Source: a virus (taxonomy: Duplodnaviria; Caudoviricetes). Taken from it: a DNA stretch of 39,590 nucleotides. The notes beneath the pieces were generated by a model. That model searched no databases. It had not been told where the DNA came from and was given only the letters and a program-made list of their open reading frames with translations. The stretch is from positions 1-39,590 of the IMG/VR virus record IMGVR_UViG_3300023252_000179; one strand, written 5' to 3'. A program made the position numbers and the translations under genes. Of the stretch, positions 1 to 8,373 are shown piece after piece; position 1 is the stretch's first letter, and every line of letters starts with the position of its first letter.

Positions 1-1161
1 TCATCCACTTGCAAATTGATTCATCGTATCAATAGATTTAATTTCATCCTTTTCAAATGAATGTACATATACTTTCAATATCGTATTAGGATCATCCCCA
101 AGTATTTTTGCTACTGTAACAAGTGTTTCACCGCGGGCAAGTAAAATAGAAGCAACGGTATGTCTTAAACCGTGAGGTGATATTCTTCGTAATTCATACT
201 TATTACAAATCATATCGATTGCATCCTCGACATAAGTCAAACCGATTGGGCTACAACCTTGTCGCGATATGAAAACAAAATCCTCATCATTGTGTTGCAT
301 GCTATTATTCCATTTCTTTTTTATACACCAAGCTTTATATGTTTTTAATTGGACGTATAATTCGTCATTCATACTGATTTTCCTATAACCATTTTCACTC
401 TTCGGTGGTCCTAGTCCAGTTCTAGTACGAGCTTTATTAATCGAAATAGACTTGGTTTTAAAATCAAGGTCTTTCCAAGTTAATCCCATCATTTCGCCTT
501 TACGCATACCTGTCATTGCTAAAGTTAAAATAGATGTATATCTAGTTGTAGGATCGTTTTCTTTCACGCATGATAGAAAATGTTTTAGTTCTTCCTCTGT
601 ATAAAAGTTATCTTTGTCACTGGTAGGTGCAGCACTAAAATCCATTTTCTTAAAGCGATCTTTGGGCAGGATTTCTTCATCAACAGCATAAGATAAAGCA
701 GACTTAAACACTCTAAATATTCCTTGAATGGTTGCACGTTTTAACCTATATGAAACTAACACATCAATCAATTCTCTTTGTAGAGTCATTTTAGTGAGTT
801 TTTGTAATTTGTAATGGCCAATAAGAGGTTTAATATGGTTATTATAAGACTCTTGATAAAGGATATACGTGCCAGGACGCCACACGCTTTTTTTCATTTC
901 AAACCAAATTTCCATCCATTGAGCCACGGTTAAATTTGCATTTTCGACATATCTATCATTTCCATCTAATACGTTTGCTTTTACTTCTATCAAAGCACGC
1001 TCAGCTGCTAGTTCAGTATCAAAACCTTGCTGAGATTTTTCCTTTCGCTTTCCAAATCGATCATAGTATTTATAGCGAAAAGCATACTTCTTTTCATTTT
1101 CTGAATCCTTGTACCAGTAAATGCAATCTTTTTTAGTAGTATAAAACTTTTTCCTAACCAT
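1..1161 (-). CDS. int: Tyrosine integrase with N-terminal arm-binding domain
   Basis: TGMRKGE and HGLRHT...Y catalytic motifs; start set at ATG 1161 behind GGAGG (in-frame upstream starts exist at 1215 and 1227). Confidence 0.95.
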   Translation of the reverse strand: MVRKKFYTTKKDCIYWYKDSENEKKYAFRYKYYDRFGKRKEKSQQGFDTELAAERALIEVKANVLDGNDRYVENANLTVAQWMEIWFEMKKSVWRPGTYILYQESYNNHIKPLIGHYKLQKLTKMTLQRELIDVLVSYRLKRATIQGIFRVFKSALSYAVDEEILPKDRFKKMDFSAAPTSDKDNFYTEEELKHFLSCVKENDPTTRYTSILTLAMTGMRKGEMMGLTWKDLDFKTKSISINKARTRTGLGPPKSENGYRKISMNDELYVQLKTYKAWCIKKKWNNSMQHNDEDFVFISRQGCSPIGLTYVEDAIDMICNKYELRRISPHGLRHTVASILLARGETLVTVAKILGDDPNTILKVYVHSFEKDEIKSIDTMNQFASG

Positions 1162-1245
1162 TGTGATTTCCTCCGTTTTAGCACGAGCAGGTACATTGAA
1201 GAAAATCGTTTGCATCACTCCTTTCAAATGTAAATATTTTAAATG

Positions 1246-1259
1246 GGAATATATGTTCT
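1246..1259 (-). promoter_or_regulatory. Candidate LexA (SOS) box upstream of int
   Basis: AGAACATATATTCC on the minus strand, one mismatch from the Bacillus GAAC-N4-GTTC core, next to a TAAAAT -10-like hexamer. Confidence 0.4.
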
Positions 1260-1270
1260 TTTTTTATGTA

Positions 1271-1717
1271 TTAAAATAGCCCCTTACATTTCAGTTTTAC
1301 CAGCTCTAGCGGTACGTTATGTAATGAAGCTATATCGTAAATAGTTTTTTGTTCATCGTAATCAAATAAATTTTCATCTGGTATTAAAAGATGAGCAGCA
1401 AAAGTATTTGCTTCTATCTCTACTTTATCAACAGAGAAGAACGTATTTGTTCTCATGAAAGGGGTGTTTAGTTTAGTATGTAAAATTGCGTGACCTAATT
1501 CATGAGCACAAACAATAAGTTGTTCTTCGATATTTAAGTTACTGTTGATAAAAATAAACCTATTACGTTTTTCGTATTGATAAAAACCTTTTATATCGGG
1601 CGGTAGATCCCAATAAAAAATTTCTATTTTTAAATATTTGGCTAACGAAAATGGATTCCGGGTACTGTACTTTTTATATAAAGCCCCTACTTTTTGTTTA
1701 ACCCACTCCATCCGCAT
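1271..1717 (-). CDS. immA: ImmA/IrrE-family metallopeptidase (anti-repressor protease)
   Basis: CAHELGH zincin motif and EIEANTFAAHLL; lies between repressor and integrase. Confidence 0.93.
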   Translation of the reverse strand: MRMEWVKQKVGALYKKYSTRNPFSLAKYLKIEIFYWDLPPDIKGFYQYEKRNRFIFINSNLNIEEQLIVCAHELGHAILHTKLNTPFMRTNTFFSVDKVEIEANTFAAHLLIPDENLFDYDEQKTIYDIASLHNVPLELVKLKCKGLF

Positions 1718-1731
1718 CCCCTCGAATCGTA

Positions 1732-2157
1732 TTAATCTTCTTTATCTCTATATTTATTCGGAGTGTACTTTTTATTGTTCTTCTTTGCTAGACGTACACC
1801 AAATTCCATGGCTTCTAACAAAGATTCTTTTGCTTCATCGCTCATCGGTTCACCATCAAAAAGTAGGCCAGTTGCAGAGGATAAATCCTCGCGAAGTTCT
1901 GCCATTCGTTTAGCTATATCACGTTCATCTTTAGATTCTTTATTAGTAGTATTGGTTGTCTTACCCAGTAGATAGTCACTAGGACAAGATAAAGCGATGG
2001 ACAATCTAGCGATATCTTCAGCGCTTGGTTCGGTGTAACCACGCTCCCAATTTGAAATAACTTGTGGTGAAACAGAAATTTTTTGAGCTAACTGCATTTG
2101 TGTGTAGCGCAACTTTTTTCGTTGTTCTTTAATACGAGAGCCTATTATATCACTCAT
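1732..2157 (-). CDS. XRE-family phage repressor (ImmR/CI-like)
   Basis: N-terminal HTH (TQMQLAQKISVSPQVISNWERG); no S24 autoprotease domain, consistent with cleavage by ImmA. Confidence 0.92.
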   Translation of the reverse strand: MSDIIGSRIKEQRKKLRYTQMQLAQKISVSPQVISNWERGYTEPSAEDIARLSIALSCPSDYLLGKTTNTTNKESKDERDIAKRMAELREDLSSATGLLFDGEPMSDEAKESLLEAMEFGVRLAKKNNKKYTPNKYRDKED

Positions 2158-2195
2158 TTAAACACCTCTTTTCTATAAGAGTAGAATACCCAAAA

Positions 2196-2300
2196 CTAAC
2201 GGAATTTGATATATTACTAACGGAATTTGAGAAATTAATTATAAAAACGGTTGACATTAACGGAATTCGTTAGTATATTGTTATTAACGGATTACGTTAG
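2196..2300. promoter_or_regulatory. Lysis-lysogeny switch: operator array and rightward sigA promoter
   Basis: TTGACA(2251-2256)-17-TATATT(2274-2279); palindromes TAACG-N5-CGTTA at 2258-2272 (in the promoter spacer) and 2285-2299; degenerate CTAACGGAATTTGA copies at 2196 and 2217. Confidence 0.88.
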
Positions 2301-2318
2301 TCGAAATGAGGTGATAAT

Positions 2319-2576
2319 ATGATTTATGAGAATGTAAAAAAAATACGCATGGCACGCGGTATAACCAAAAGACGTGTAGCTAAGGGTGTAAATGTAACAG
2401 AAATGACTTACGGTCGTATTGAAAGTGGAATTAGTAAATTGAGTGCAGAACACTTAAAAATTATAGCTACAATACTTGGTGTTCCAGTAGCAACTTTTTT
2501 TGATGACAAACTAACGGATTCCGTTATAAAAGAGATTTCTAGTATTTCATTTTCTAAAGAAAGGCAATTGGCATAA
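2319..2576 (+). CDS. Cro-like XRE HTH regulator
   Basis: HTH (VAKGVNVTEMTYGRIESG); first gene divergent from the repressor; RBS GAGGTG. Confidence 0.88.
   Translation: MIYENVKKIRMARGITKRRVAKGVNVTEMTYGRIESGISKLSAEHLKIIATILGVPVATFFDDKLTDSVIKEISSISFSKERQLA
2512..2526. promoter_or_regulatory. Distal repressor operator inside the cro-like gene
   Basis: TAACGGATTCCGTTA, the most symmetric copy of the switch palindrome. Confidence 0.75.
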
Positions 2577-2627
2577 TCAGACCATTACTTAGAAATTGGA
2601 ACGAATTTAAACACAGGAGGTTTTGCC

Positions 2628-3407
2628 ATGAAACACTTGCAAGTTATTCACAAACAAGTTGTATTAACGAAAAAATTTGAAGTATACGGATCTTTAGATA
2701 ATCCGTTGTTTTTAGCTAAGGATGTAGCTAGTTGGATTGAACATAGTGACACATCCAAAATGATTCGTTCAGTAGACGAGGATGAGAAGGTAAAGAATAA
2801 TGTTCCTACCCTTGGTGGATTACAAGAATCCTGGTTCCTGACAGAAGATGGTTTATATGAAGTGTTAATGCAATCACGTAAACCTATAGCAAAACAATTT
2901 AAAAAACAGGTCAAAACCATTTTGAAAGACATCCGCCTTAAAGGTGGCTATATCGCTACAACCGAAGATGACGATGAAATGACAATCTTAGCGAAAGGAT
3001 TTCTAATAGCTCAAAAAACTATCGAAAGTAACAAAAGAAAAATTGTTGAACAGCAAATGTTAATTGAAGAACAAAAACCTAAAGTTCTATTCGCAGAAGC
3101 TATCCAAGCAAGTAAAACAACTATTCTTATTGGCGAATATGCCAAAATCTTAAAGCAAAACGGTGTAGACATAGGAAAAAAAAGACTTTTCGAATGGCTT
3201 AGAGATAATGGCTATTTAATCAAACGAAAAGGTTCTGACTATAACACACCGACTCAAAAGAGTATGGAGTTAGGTTTATTCGAAATAAAAGAAACACCAA
3301 TTCATCACACTAGTGGCGAAATCAGCATTTCAAGAACTTCAAAAATAACAGGTAAAGGGCAATCCTACTTTATTAATAAGTTTTTGACAAAGGAGGTTGC
3401 CATATGA
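2628..3407 (+). CDS. Phage antirepressor (BRO-N + KilAC/ANT)
   Basis: PLFLAKDVA...LTEDGLYEVLMQSRKPIAKQFK (BRO-N); KPKVLFA...ITGKGQSYFINKF (KilAC). Confidence 0.93.
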   Translation: MKHLQVIHKQVVLTKKFEVYGSLDNPLFLAKDVASWIEHSDTSKMIRSVDEDEKVKNNVPTLGGLQESWFLTEDGLYEVLMQSRKPIAKQFKKQVKTILKDIRLKGGYIATTEDDDEMTILAKGFLIAQKTIESNKRKIVEQQMLIEEQKPKVLFAEAIQASKTTILIGEYAKILKQNGVDIGKKRLFEWLRDNGYLIKRKGSDYNTPTQKSMELGLFEIKETPIHHTSGEISISRTSKITGKGQSYFINKFLTKEVAI

Positions 3408-3625
3408 TCCAAGAGCAAATCGAAGATGATGTAACACTTTTCTGGGATATAGAAGACATCATTCGAGAAACCCGCTATAAAAAAACATTTCTAGAAGCGA
3501 ATCTGTTATGTGATCCGAGAATTAAACGGTTTGAAAGAAAGCCAAAACCAAGAAGTAAAAGAATATGGCTTGCAGGACCAACAAAAGAAACTATTAAAAA
3601 TATCATAATGAACGAATGGAATTAA
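3404..3625 (+). CDS. Small DNA-binding protein, probable excisionase-like
   Basis: 73 aa, wHTH-like pattern (WDIEDI...LLCDPR...KRIW), typical position, AGGAGG RBS. Confidence 0.55.
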   Translation: MIQEQIEDDVTLFWDIEDIIRETRYKKTFLEANLLCDPRIKRFERKPKPRSKRIWLAGPTKETIKNIIMNEWN

Positions 3626-3731
3626 AAATAAAAAAGCACGAGCAGGTGCAATTAAAACAGGAGAGGCCAGGGCAAATGGCCTCGTCAAACTACCAATCTA
3701 GTAAGAGGTTGGGGCAAATCAACCTCTTATC
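3626..3731 (-). ncRNA. Predicted antisense sRNA with two UUUGCCC-loop hairpins
   Basis: Hairpins 3663-3683 and 3702-3729; minus-strand TGGTCT-17-TATTAT (3763-3735) puts +1 at the base of the first hairpin; ends in a short GCAC/GTGC stem plus U-tract; complementary to several lytic mRNAs. Confidence 0.65.
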
Positions 3732-3810
3732 TCAATAATAAAGCTAACTTAGCAAAGAGACCATGCACAGAGTGCATATATGCAATTTAAGCATAAAAGG
3801 AGAGGGCAAT

Positions 3811-4089
3811 ATGGATATAGATGTTGGAAGTCTATTAAAAAAATGCCGTAAGAAGGCAAAGCTTTCACAGGAGGCATTCGCTGATTTAATGCACACGACT
3901 CAATCAACAATCAGCCGGATTGAAAAGAACATCATTGCATGCGAAGTAAGTTTCTTGCAAAAGGCTGCTAGATTAACAAATTCAGAGGATGTAGTGATTA
4001 CCGCATTATTCAGTGTAGATGCAATCGTACAGGTAGCAATGCAAATGCAAGTCACTTTTATAGGAGGATTATTCAATTGGATCCTTTAA
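3811..4089 (+). CDS. XRE-family HTH regulator
   Basis: LSQEAFADLMHTTQSTISRIE HTH; RBS AAGGAG before ATG 3811. Confidence 0.85.
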   Translation: MDIDVGSLLKKCRKKAKLSQEAFADLMHTTQSTISRIEKNIIACEVSFLQKAARLTNSEDVVITALFSVDAIVQVAMQMQVTFIGGLFNWIL

Positions 4090-4331
4090 AACTAATCAAC
4101 GACAAAATCATTAAAGAAAAAGCATGTATTGATGACTTAATTAAAGAAATTGCAATGCATACACAAAACGGACGATACCAGTTAGCAGCTGATCGTGGTT
4201 ATGACATGCAAAACTCAATCAATCGAATCCGACAGTTAGAAGGGCAAAAAGGGTTGTATTTAATAGCTCTTAAATATGTAGGAAAAGGAATAGACGTTGA
4301 GGTGGTGAAGAAACATGCGCATCAAGCCTAG
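4077..4331 (+). CDS. Hypothetical phage protein
   Basis: AGGAGG RBS, TTG start, overlaps neighbours. Confidence 0.7.
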   Translation: MDPLKLINDKIIKEKACIDDLIKEIAMHTQNGRYQLAADRGYDMQNSINRIRQLEGQKGLYLIALKYVGKGIDVEVVKKHAHQA

Positions 4332-4434
4332 AGCGTGGAGACATATGTCATTAAAGCAAAGGTTAATATATGTACATTTCTTTTGCGACAAGAAAGTATT
4401 AGAAAAGTTAAATGGCAATAAAAAAGCTGCTTAA
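4315..4434 (+). CDS. Small basic hypothetical protein (39 aa, MRIKPRAWRH...), not in the ORF track
   Basis: GAGGTG RBS, ATG 4315, TAA 4432-4434, overlaps the upstream gene end. Confidence 0.55.
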   Translation: MRIKPRAWRHMSLKQRLIYVHFFCDKKVLEKLNGNKKAA

Positions 4435-4538
4435 TCGCTGGAACGATTAAACAGCAGTGCGGTAATAGTCTACCCACATTATAACACAAAATCAGACGTT
4501 TGAAATATAAAGTGCTAAAGCACAAAGGGAGCCTAATT

Positions 4539-5276
4539 ATGACATTAGAAAATGCAATCAAAAGCGTATTAGAACAAAAGATGGTCGACGGCACAGTTGA
4601 AAAGTTGGTGGGAGAGAAGGTTGAACAAGGGATTGAACGTGCTCTAAATGATTTATTCGGATCATACGGCGACATCACAAAAGTAATAGAGAAGAAATTA
4701 AAAGATGTTATGGTGCCACAAATCGAAAGGCATGATTTTAGTAGATATTTAGTTAAATTGGATTCAGTTCTTACAGAACTTTCTAATGCTACTGCTAAAC
4801 AAAATAAAAAACTTTTGGATAACTTCGCAATTTTAATGAAAGATACGCCAAATAAAATTAATGCTTCAGAGATTTTTGAAAAGTGGATGAAGCTTTCTGC
4901 TGATGATATTGAGACGGAAGGTTTAGAAGTGGATTACGATGACCGTCCTACTTACGAAAGTGTAGAAGTATCACTTTCTTTCGAACAAATCGAGGGACGT
5001 TCGTGGTCATCATACGAAAACGGACAACTAATTTTTGAATGTGAACATGATGAACAATTGAATTTCATTGTGCCCTTACAGCGTTGGAAAACACTAGATG
5101 ATTATTGGACAATTACTGACCTACAAAATGTTGATATAACGTCCATTAAAAACATTAGTAAGTTTGAAGCATTCATTCGCTCATTAAAACAAAACTACTC
5201 AAAAATCTATGTAGATACTGAATACGAAACAGATCATTTATCTCCAACAGCCGAGCCAGAGGCTGAATGGTCTTAA
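4539..5276 (+). CDS. Hypothetical acidic phage protein
   Basis: Long ORF; start moved to ATG 4539 behind AAGGGAG. Confidence 0.75.
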   Translation: MTLENAIKSVLEQKMVDGTVEKLVGEKVEQGIERALNDLFGSYGDITKVIEKKLKDVMVPQIERHDFSRYLVKLDSVLTELSNATAKQNKKLLDNFAILMKDTPNKINASEIFEKWMKLSADDIETEGLEVDYDDRPTYESVEVSLSFEQIEGRSWSSYENGQLIFECEHDEQLNFIVPLQRWKTLDDYWTITDLQNVDITSIKNISKFEAFIRSLKQNYSKIYVDTEYETDHLSPTAEPEAEWS

Positions 5277-5289
5277 TAAAGAGACGTTT

Positions 5290-5375
5290 GCGAGTCGAAA
5301 CTCGCTCTCGTCAAGCAGCTTGTAAATGGTTGGTTAGCCGTTTCCTCTAAGGAATTTACAAGCTGCTTGATGGGA
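5290..5375 (+). ncRNA. Structured intergenic RNA element (22-bp stem closing a three-way junction)
   Basis: 5306-5327 pairs with 5354-5375 including G-U pairs; two inner mini-hairpins; extra hairpin 5290-5305. Confidence 0.5.
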
Positions 5376-5458
5376 AAAGCCATCAAAAAAACCACTGCGC
5401 GAACAGTGGCCTTAACAAATAAATATTTACATCATCATACCACAGGAGGGCAAAAAAG

Positions 5459-7483
5459 ATGAAGAAAATTGAGTTGGTAGTTTTAAAATTACGTGATTTT
5501 AAGGGCATTAAATCACTTGATATTCAATTAGACGGTGGCAATGCTGAAATTTTTGGTGACAACGAAGCAGGTAAAACTACAACATTTGATGCGTTTTTAT
5601 GGCTGTTGTTCGATAAGGATAGCAACAATAAAAAGGACTTTGCTATCAAGTCTTTAAACAGTGACGGATCCGAACAACACAACTTGGAGCATACGGTTGA
5701 AGGTACATTTTTAATTGATGGTGTGTTTGTTACTTTAAAGAAAATCTACAGAGAGGTTTGGACAAAAAAACGAGGTGCTGCAAACAAGGAATTTACAGGG
5801 CATACCGTAGACTACGCGGTGAATGATGTACCGCTAAATAAGAAAGAGTACACAGCCAAAGTTGCTGAGATTGTAGATGAAGAAAAATTCAAGCTCCTTA
5901 CATCGCCTACTTATTTTAACGAACAATTGAAGTGGCAAGAAAAAAGACAGCTGTTACTTGAAATCTGCGGTGACATTTCAGATGAAGATGTGATTGCATC
6001 AAATCAATCACTGGCTAAATTAAATGAACTTCTTAACGGTAAGTCGATGGAAGATATGAAGAAAATCATTACTAGCCAGAAAAAACAAATTAATGATGAG
6101 CTTGAAATGATTCCAGTACGTATTGATGAAATTAATAAAATGATGCCAGAAACGACTGTAGATATTGAAAAGATGCGTCAACAAGTTGAGCAAATCGAAG
6201 CTGATATGGATGAACTGCAGCAACAGAAAATCCGAGTGAAAAACGGTTCATCTGTACTTGATAAACAACGGCAGTTACAAGTGTTAGAAATGCACCAAAG
6301 CGACTTAAAACGCACTATTGAAGCTGATAGCATGCAAGAAATCAATAAGCTTCAAGTGCGTGTTCAGGAAGCGCAAGGCAACGTACAAATTATTCAATCT
6401 GAAATTAAACATAAAGAGAACTACAAAAACTCTAAGGAAAATGAGTTGCAACAGCTATCTAATGACATCCAGCGTACTGAAAATCAGTTAATTGAGTTAC
6501 GTAAAGATTGGGCACACCACAATAATACTCAATTTGAATATGAGGATAAATGCGAGTGTCCTACTTGTAAACAAGAACTACCTCTTGAACAAGTTGAGGC
6601 TGCTCGAAATGAAGCACAAGCGCAGTTTAATGAGGAAAAGGCTCGTAGGTTATCAGCTGTAAATGAAAAGGGAAAAACTTTAGCGCAAGAAAAAGAGCAA
6701 AAAGTAAATCGCCACAACGAAGTAAATGAAGATATTTTTAGCGCAAATATGGAATTGGATGCTGCTAAGAACAAGCTAGAAACAGCACAGAAAGAGTTAA
6801 GTAAATATCAAGATAAGTTACAGCAAGCCCAAACATCGGTGCCTGATGTGACAGTGACTGATGAATATAAATCTATCACTCTACAAATTGAAACATTACA
6901 AGCTGAAATTAAGCAGTTAAACGAACATGCTCATGAAGCTGTTGCTGGTATCGACGAAGAAATAGAAAAATTAAAGTTCATTCGTAACGGCTGCAACAAT
7001 GCGTTATCACAACACGCAAACATTGAAGCGAGTAAGGAGCGAATCATTGAGCTGGAAGATCAACAGGTGAAACTTGCTCAAGAGTACGAAAAGCTAGAGC
7101 AAACTACATTCCTTATCGAAGAATTTATCCGAACAAAGGTAAACATGCTCACTGAACGCATTAACAGCAAGTTCAAATATGCACGATTTAAGCTGTTTGA
7201 CACGCAGGTAAATGGTGGATTAAACGAGGTATGCGAAACGACATTTAAAGGCGTACCATACGGCACTGGCCTTAACAATGCAGCGAAAATCAATGTCGGC
7301 TTAGACATTATCAATACACTATCAGCACATTATGGCATCCTAGCACCTATTTTCGTGGATAATGCCGAAGCTGTAACCAAGTTTATAGATGTGGAAACTC
7401 AACTTATTAGCTTAGTTGTTTCTGAGAAGGACAAGCAGTTACGTGTTGAATTAGAACCAATCGAATACAAGGAGGCAATTTAA
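5459..7483 (+). CDS. SbcC/Rad50-like AAA ATPase with coiled coil
   Basis: Walker A GDNEAGKTT, CPTC zinc hook, PIFVDNAE Walker B; precedes RecT. Confidence 0.88.
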   Translation: MKKIELVVLKLRDFKGIKSLDIQLDGGNAEIFGDNEAGKTTTFDAFLWLLFDKDSNNKKDFAIKSLNSDGSEQHNLEHTVEGTFLIDGVFVTLKKIYREVWTKKRGAANKEFTGHTVDYAVNDVPLNKKEYTAKVAEIVDEEKFKLLTSPTYFNEQLKWQEKRQLLLEICGDISDEDVIASNQSLAKLNELLNGKSMEDMKKIITSQKKQINDELEMIPVRIDEINKMMPETTVDIEKMRQQVEQIEADMDELQQQKIRVKNGSSVLDKQRQLQVLEMHQSDLKRTIEADSMQEINKLQVRVQEAQGNVQIIQSEIKHKENYKNSKENELQQLSNDIQRTENQLIELRKDWAHHNNTQFEYEDKCECPTCKQELPLEQVEAARNEAQAQFNEEKARRLSAVNEKGKTLAQEKEQKVNRHNEVNEDIFSANMELDAAKNKLETAQKELSKYQDKLQQAQTSVPDVTVTDEYKSITLQIETLQAEIKQLNEHAHEAVAGIDEEIEKLKFIRNGCNNALSQHANIEASKERIIELEDQQVKLAQEYEKLEQTTFLIEEFIRTKVNMLTERINSKFKYARFKLFDTQVNGGLNEVCETTFKGVPYGTGLNNAAKINVGLDIINTLSAHYGILAPIFVDNAEAVTKFIDVETQLISLVVSEKDKQLRVELEPIEYKEAI

Positions 7484-7485
7484 CA

Positions 7486-8373
7486 ATGACAAATCAATTA
7501 GCGATTATTCAAAAAGATATTACAGATAGTGTAAACAACAAGTTAGGAGAACTACAAAAAGAAGGGTTAGTAATTCCGCAAAATTATAACGCTAGTAATG
7601 CATTAAAATCTGCATTTTTCAAACTGCAAGAAGTAAAAGATAAATCAGGTAAACCGGCATTAGAAGTATGTACTAAGGAATCTGTCGCTAACTCGTTATT
7701 AGATATGACAGTACAGGGGTTAAGCCCAGCAAAAACACAATGTTATTTCGTAGTGTATGGCACTCAGTTACAGATGCTTCGCTCATACTTTGGTACACAA
7801 GCTGTACTTAAACGCTTAAGCAATGTAAAGGATATTTGGGCGAATGTTATTTACAAAGATGATGTATTTGAATACGAAAACTACCACGGACGCGAACGTT
7901 TAATTAGTCATAAAACATCATTCGAAAATCGTGACAAAGACATTTTGGGAGCTTATGCGGTTGTTCAAACTGAAAGTGAAGAAATATTAACGGTTATGAC
8001 AAAAAAAGAAATCGAAGCATCATGGGGGCAAAGTAAAACATCTCAATCTGTTCATAAAAAGTTCCCTCAAGAAATGGCAAAACGTACAGTTATTAATCGT
8101 GCAGCCAAAGCCTTTATTAATACTTCCGACGATAGCGACTTATTGATTGATGCAATAAATCGATCAACTGAAGGTGAGTATGAACCAACAGTAAAAGACA
8201 TGGGGGATATTGAAGAAGTAAAACAAGAAATTGAGCAAAATGCTAATTCAGAGGATTTGGATATTAAGGAACAACCTTCTGCAACTGTTCAGGAAGCTGA
8301 ATTTGTAGAAGTACCGCAAAAACCGTTACAAGAACAACAGCAAGCATCATTTACTGATGGACCTGGTTTCTAA
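7486..8373 (+). CDS. recT: RecT-family single-strand annealing protein
   Basis: GLSPAKTQCYFV..G and QEMAKRTVINRAAK motifs; acidic tail. Confidence 0.9.
   Translation: MTNQLAIIQKDITDSVNNKLGELQKEGLVIPQNYNASNALKSAFFKLQEVKDKSGKPALEVCTKESVANSLLDMTVQGLSPAKTQCYFVVYGTQLQMLRSYFGTQAVLKRLSNVKDIWANVIYKDDVFEYENYHGRERLISHKTSFENRDKDILGAYAVVQTESEEILTVMTKKEIEASWGQSKTSQSVHKKFPQEMAKRTVINRAAKAFINTSDDSDLLIDAINRSTEGEYEPTVKDMGDIEEVKQEIEQNANSEDLDIKEQPSATVQEAEFVEVPQKPLQEQQQASFTDGPGF

Noticed and set aside
1-60. attL site
   Set aside because: The window begins at the int stop codon, so any att core lies outside it
3663-3729. c-di-GMP-I riboswitch suggested by GGGCAAA
   Set aside because: Lacks the GAAA tetraloop/receptor and GACGCAAAGC elements; here the motif is a hairpin loop
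3676-3738. 20-codon ORF MASSNYQSSKRLGQINLLSQ behind AGGAGAGG
   Set aside because: Start codon is buried in hairpin 1 and the SD+ATG look is explained by mirroring the rep RBS; not called, though a leader peptide cannot be excluded
1732-4434. Arbitrium (aimR-aimP-aimX) or Rap-Phr signalling module
   Set aside because: No TPR/RRNPP receptor or signal-peptide-bearing propeptide is visible
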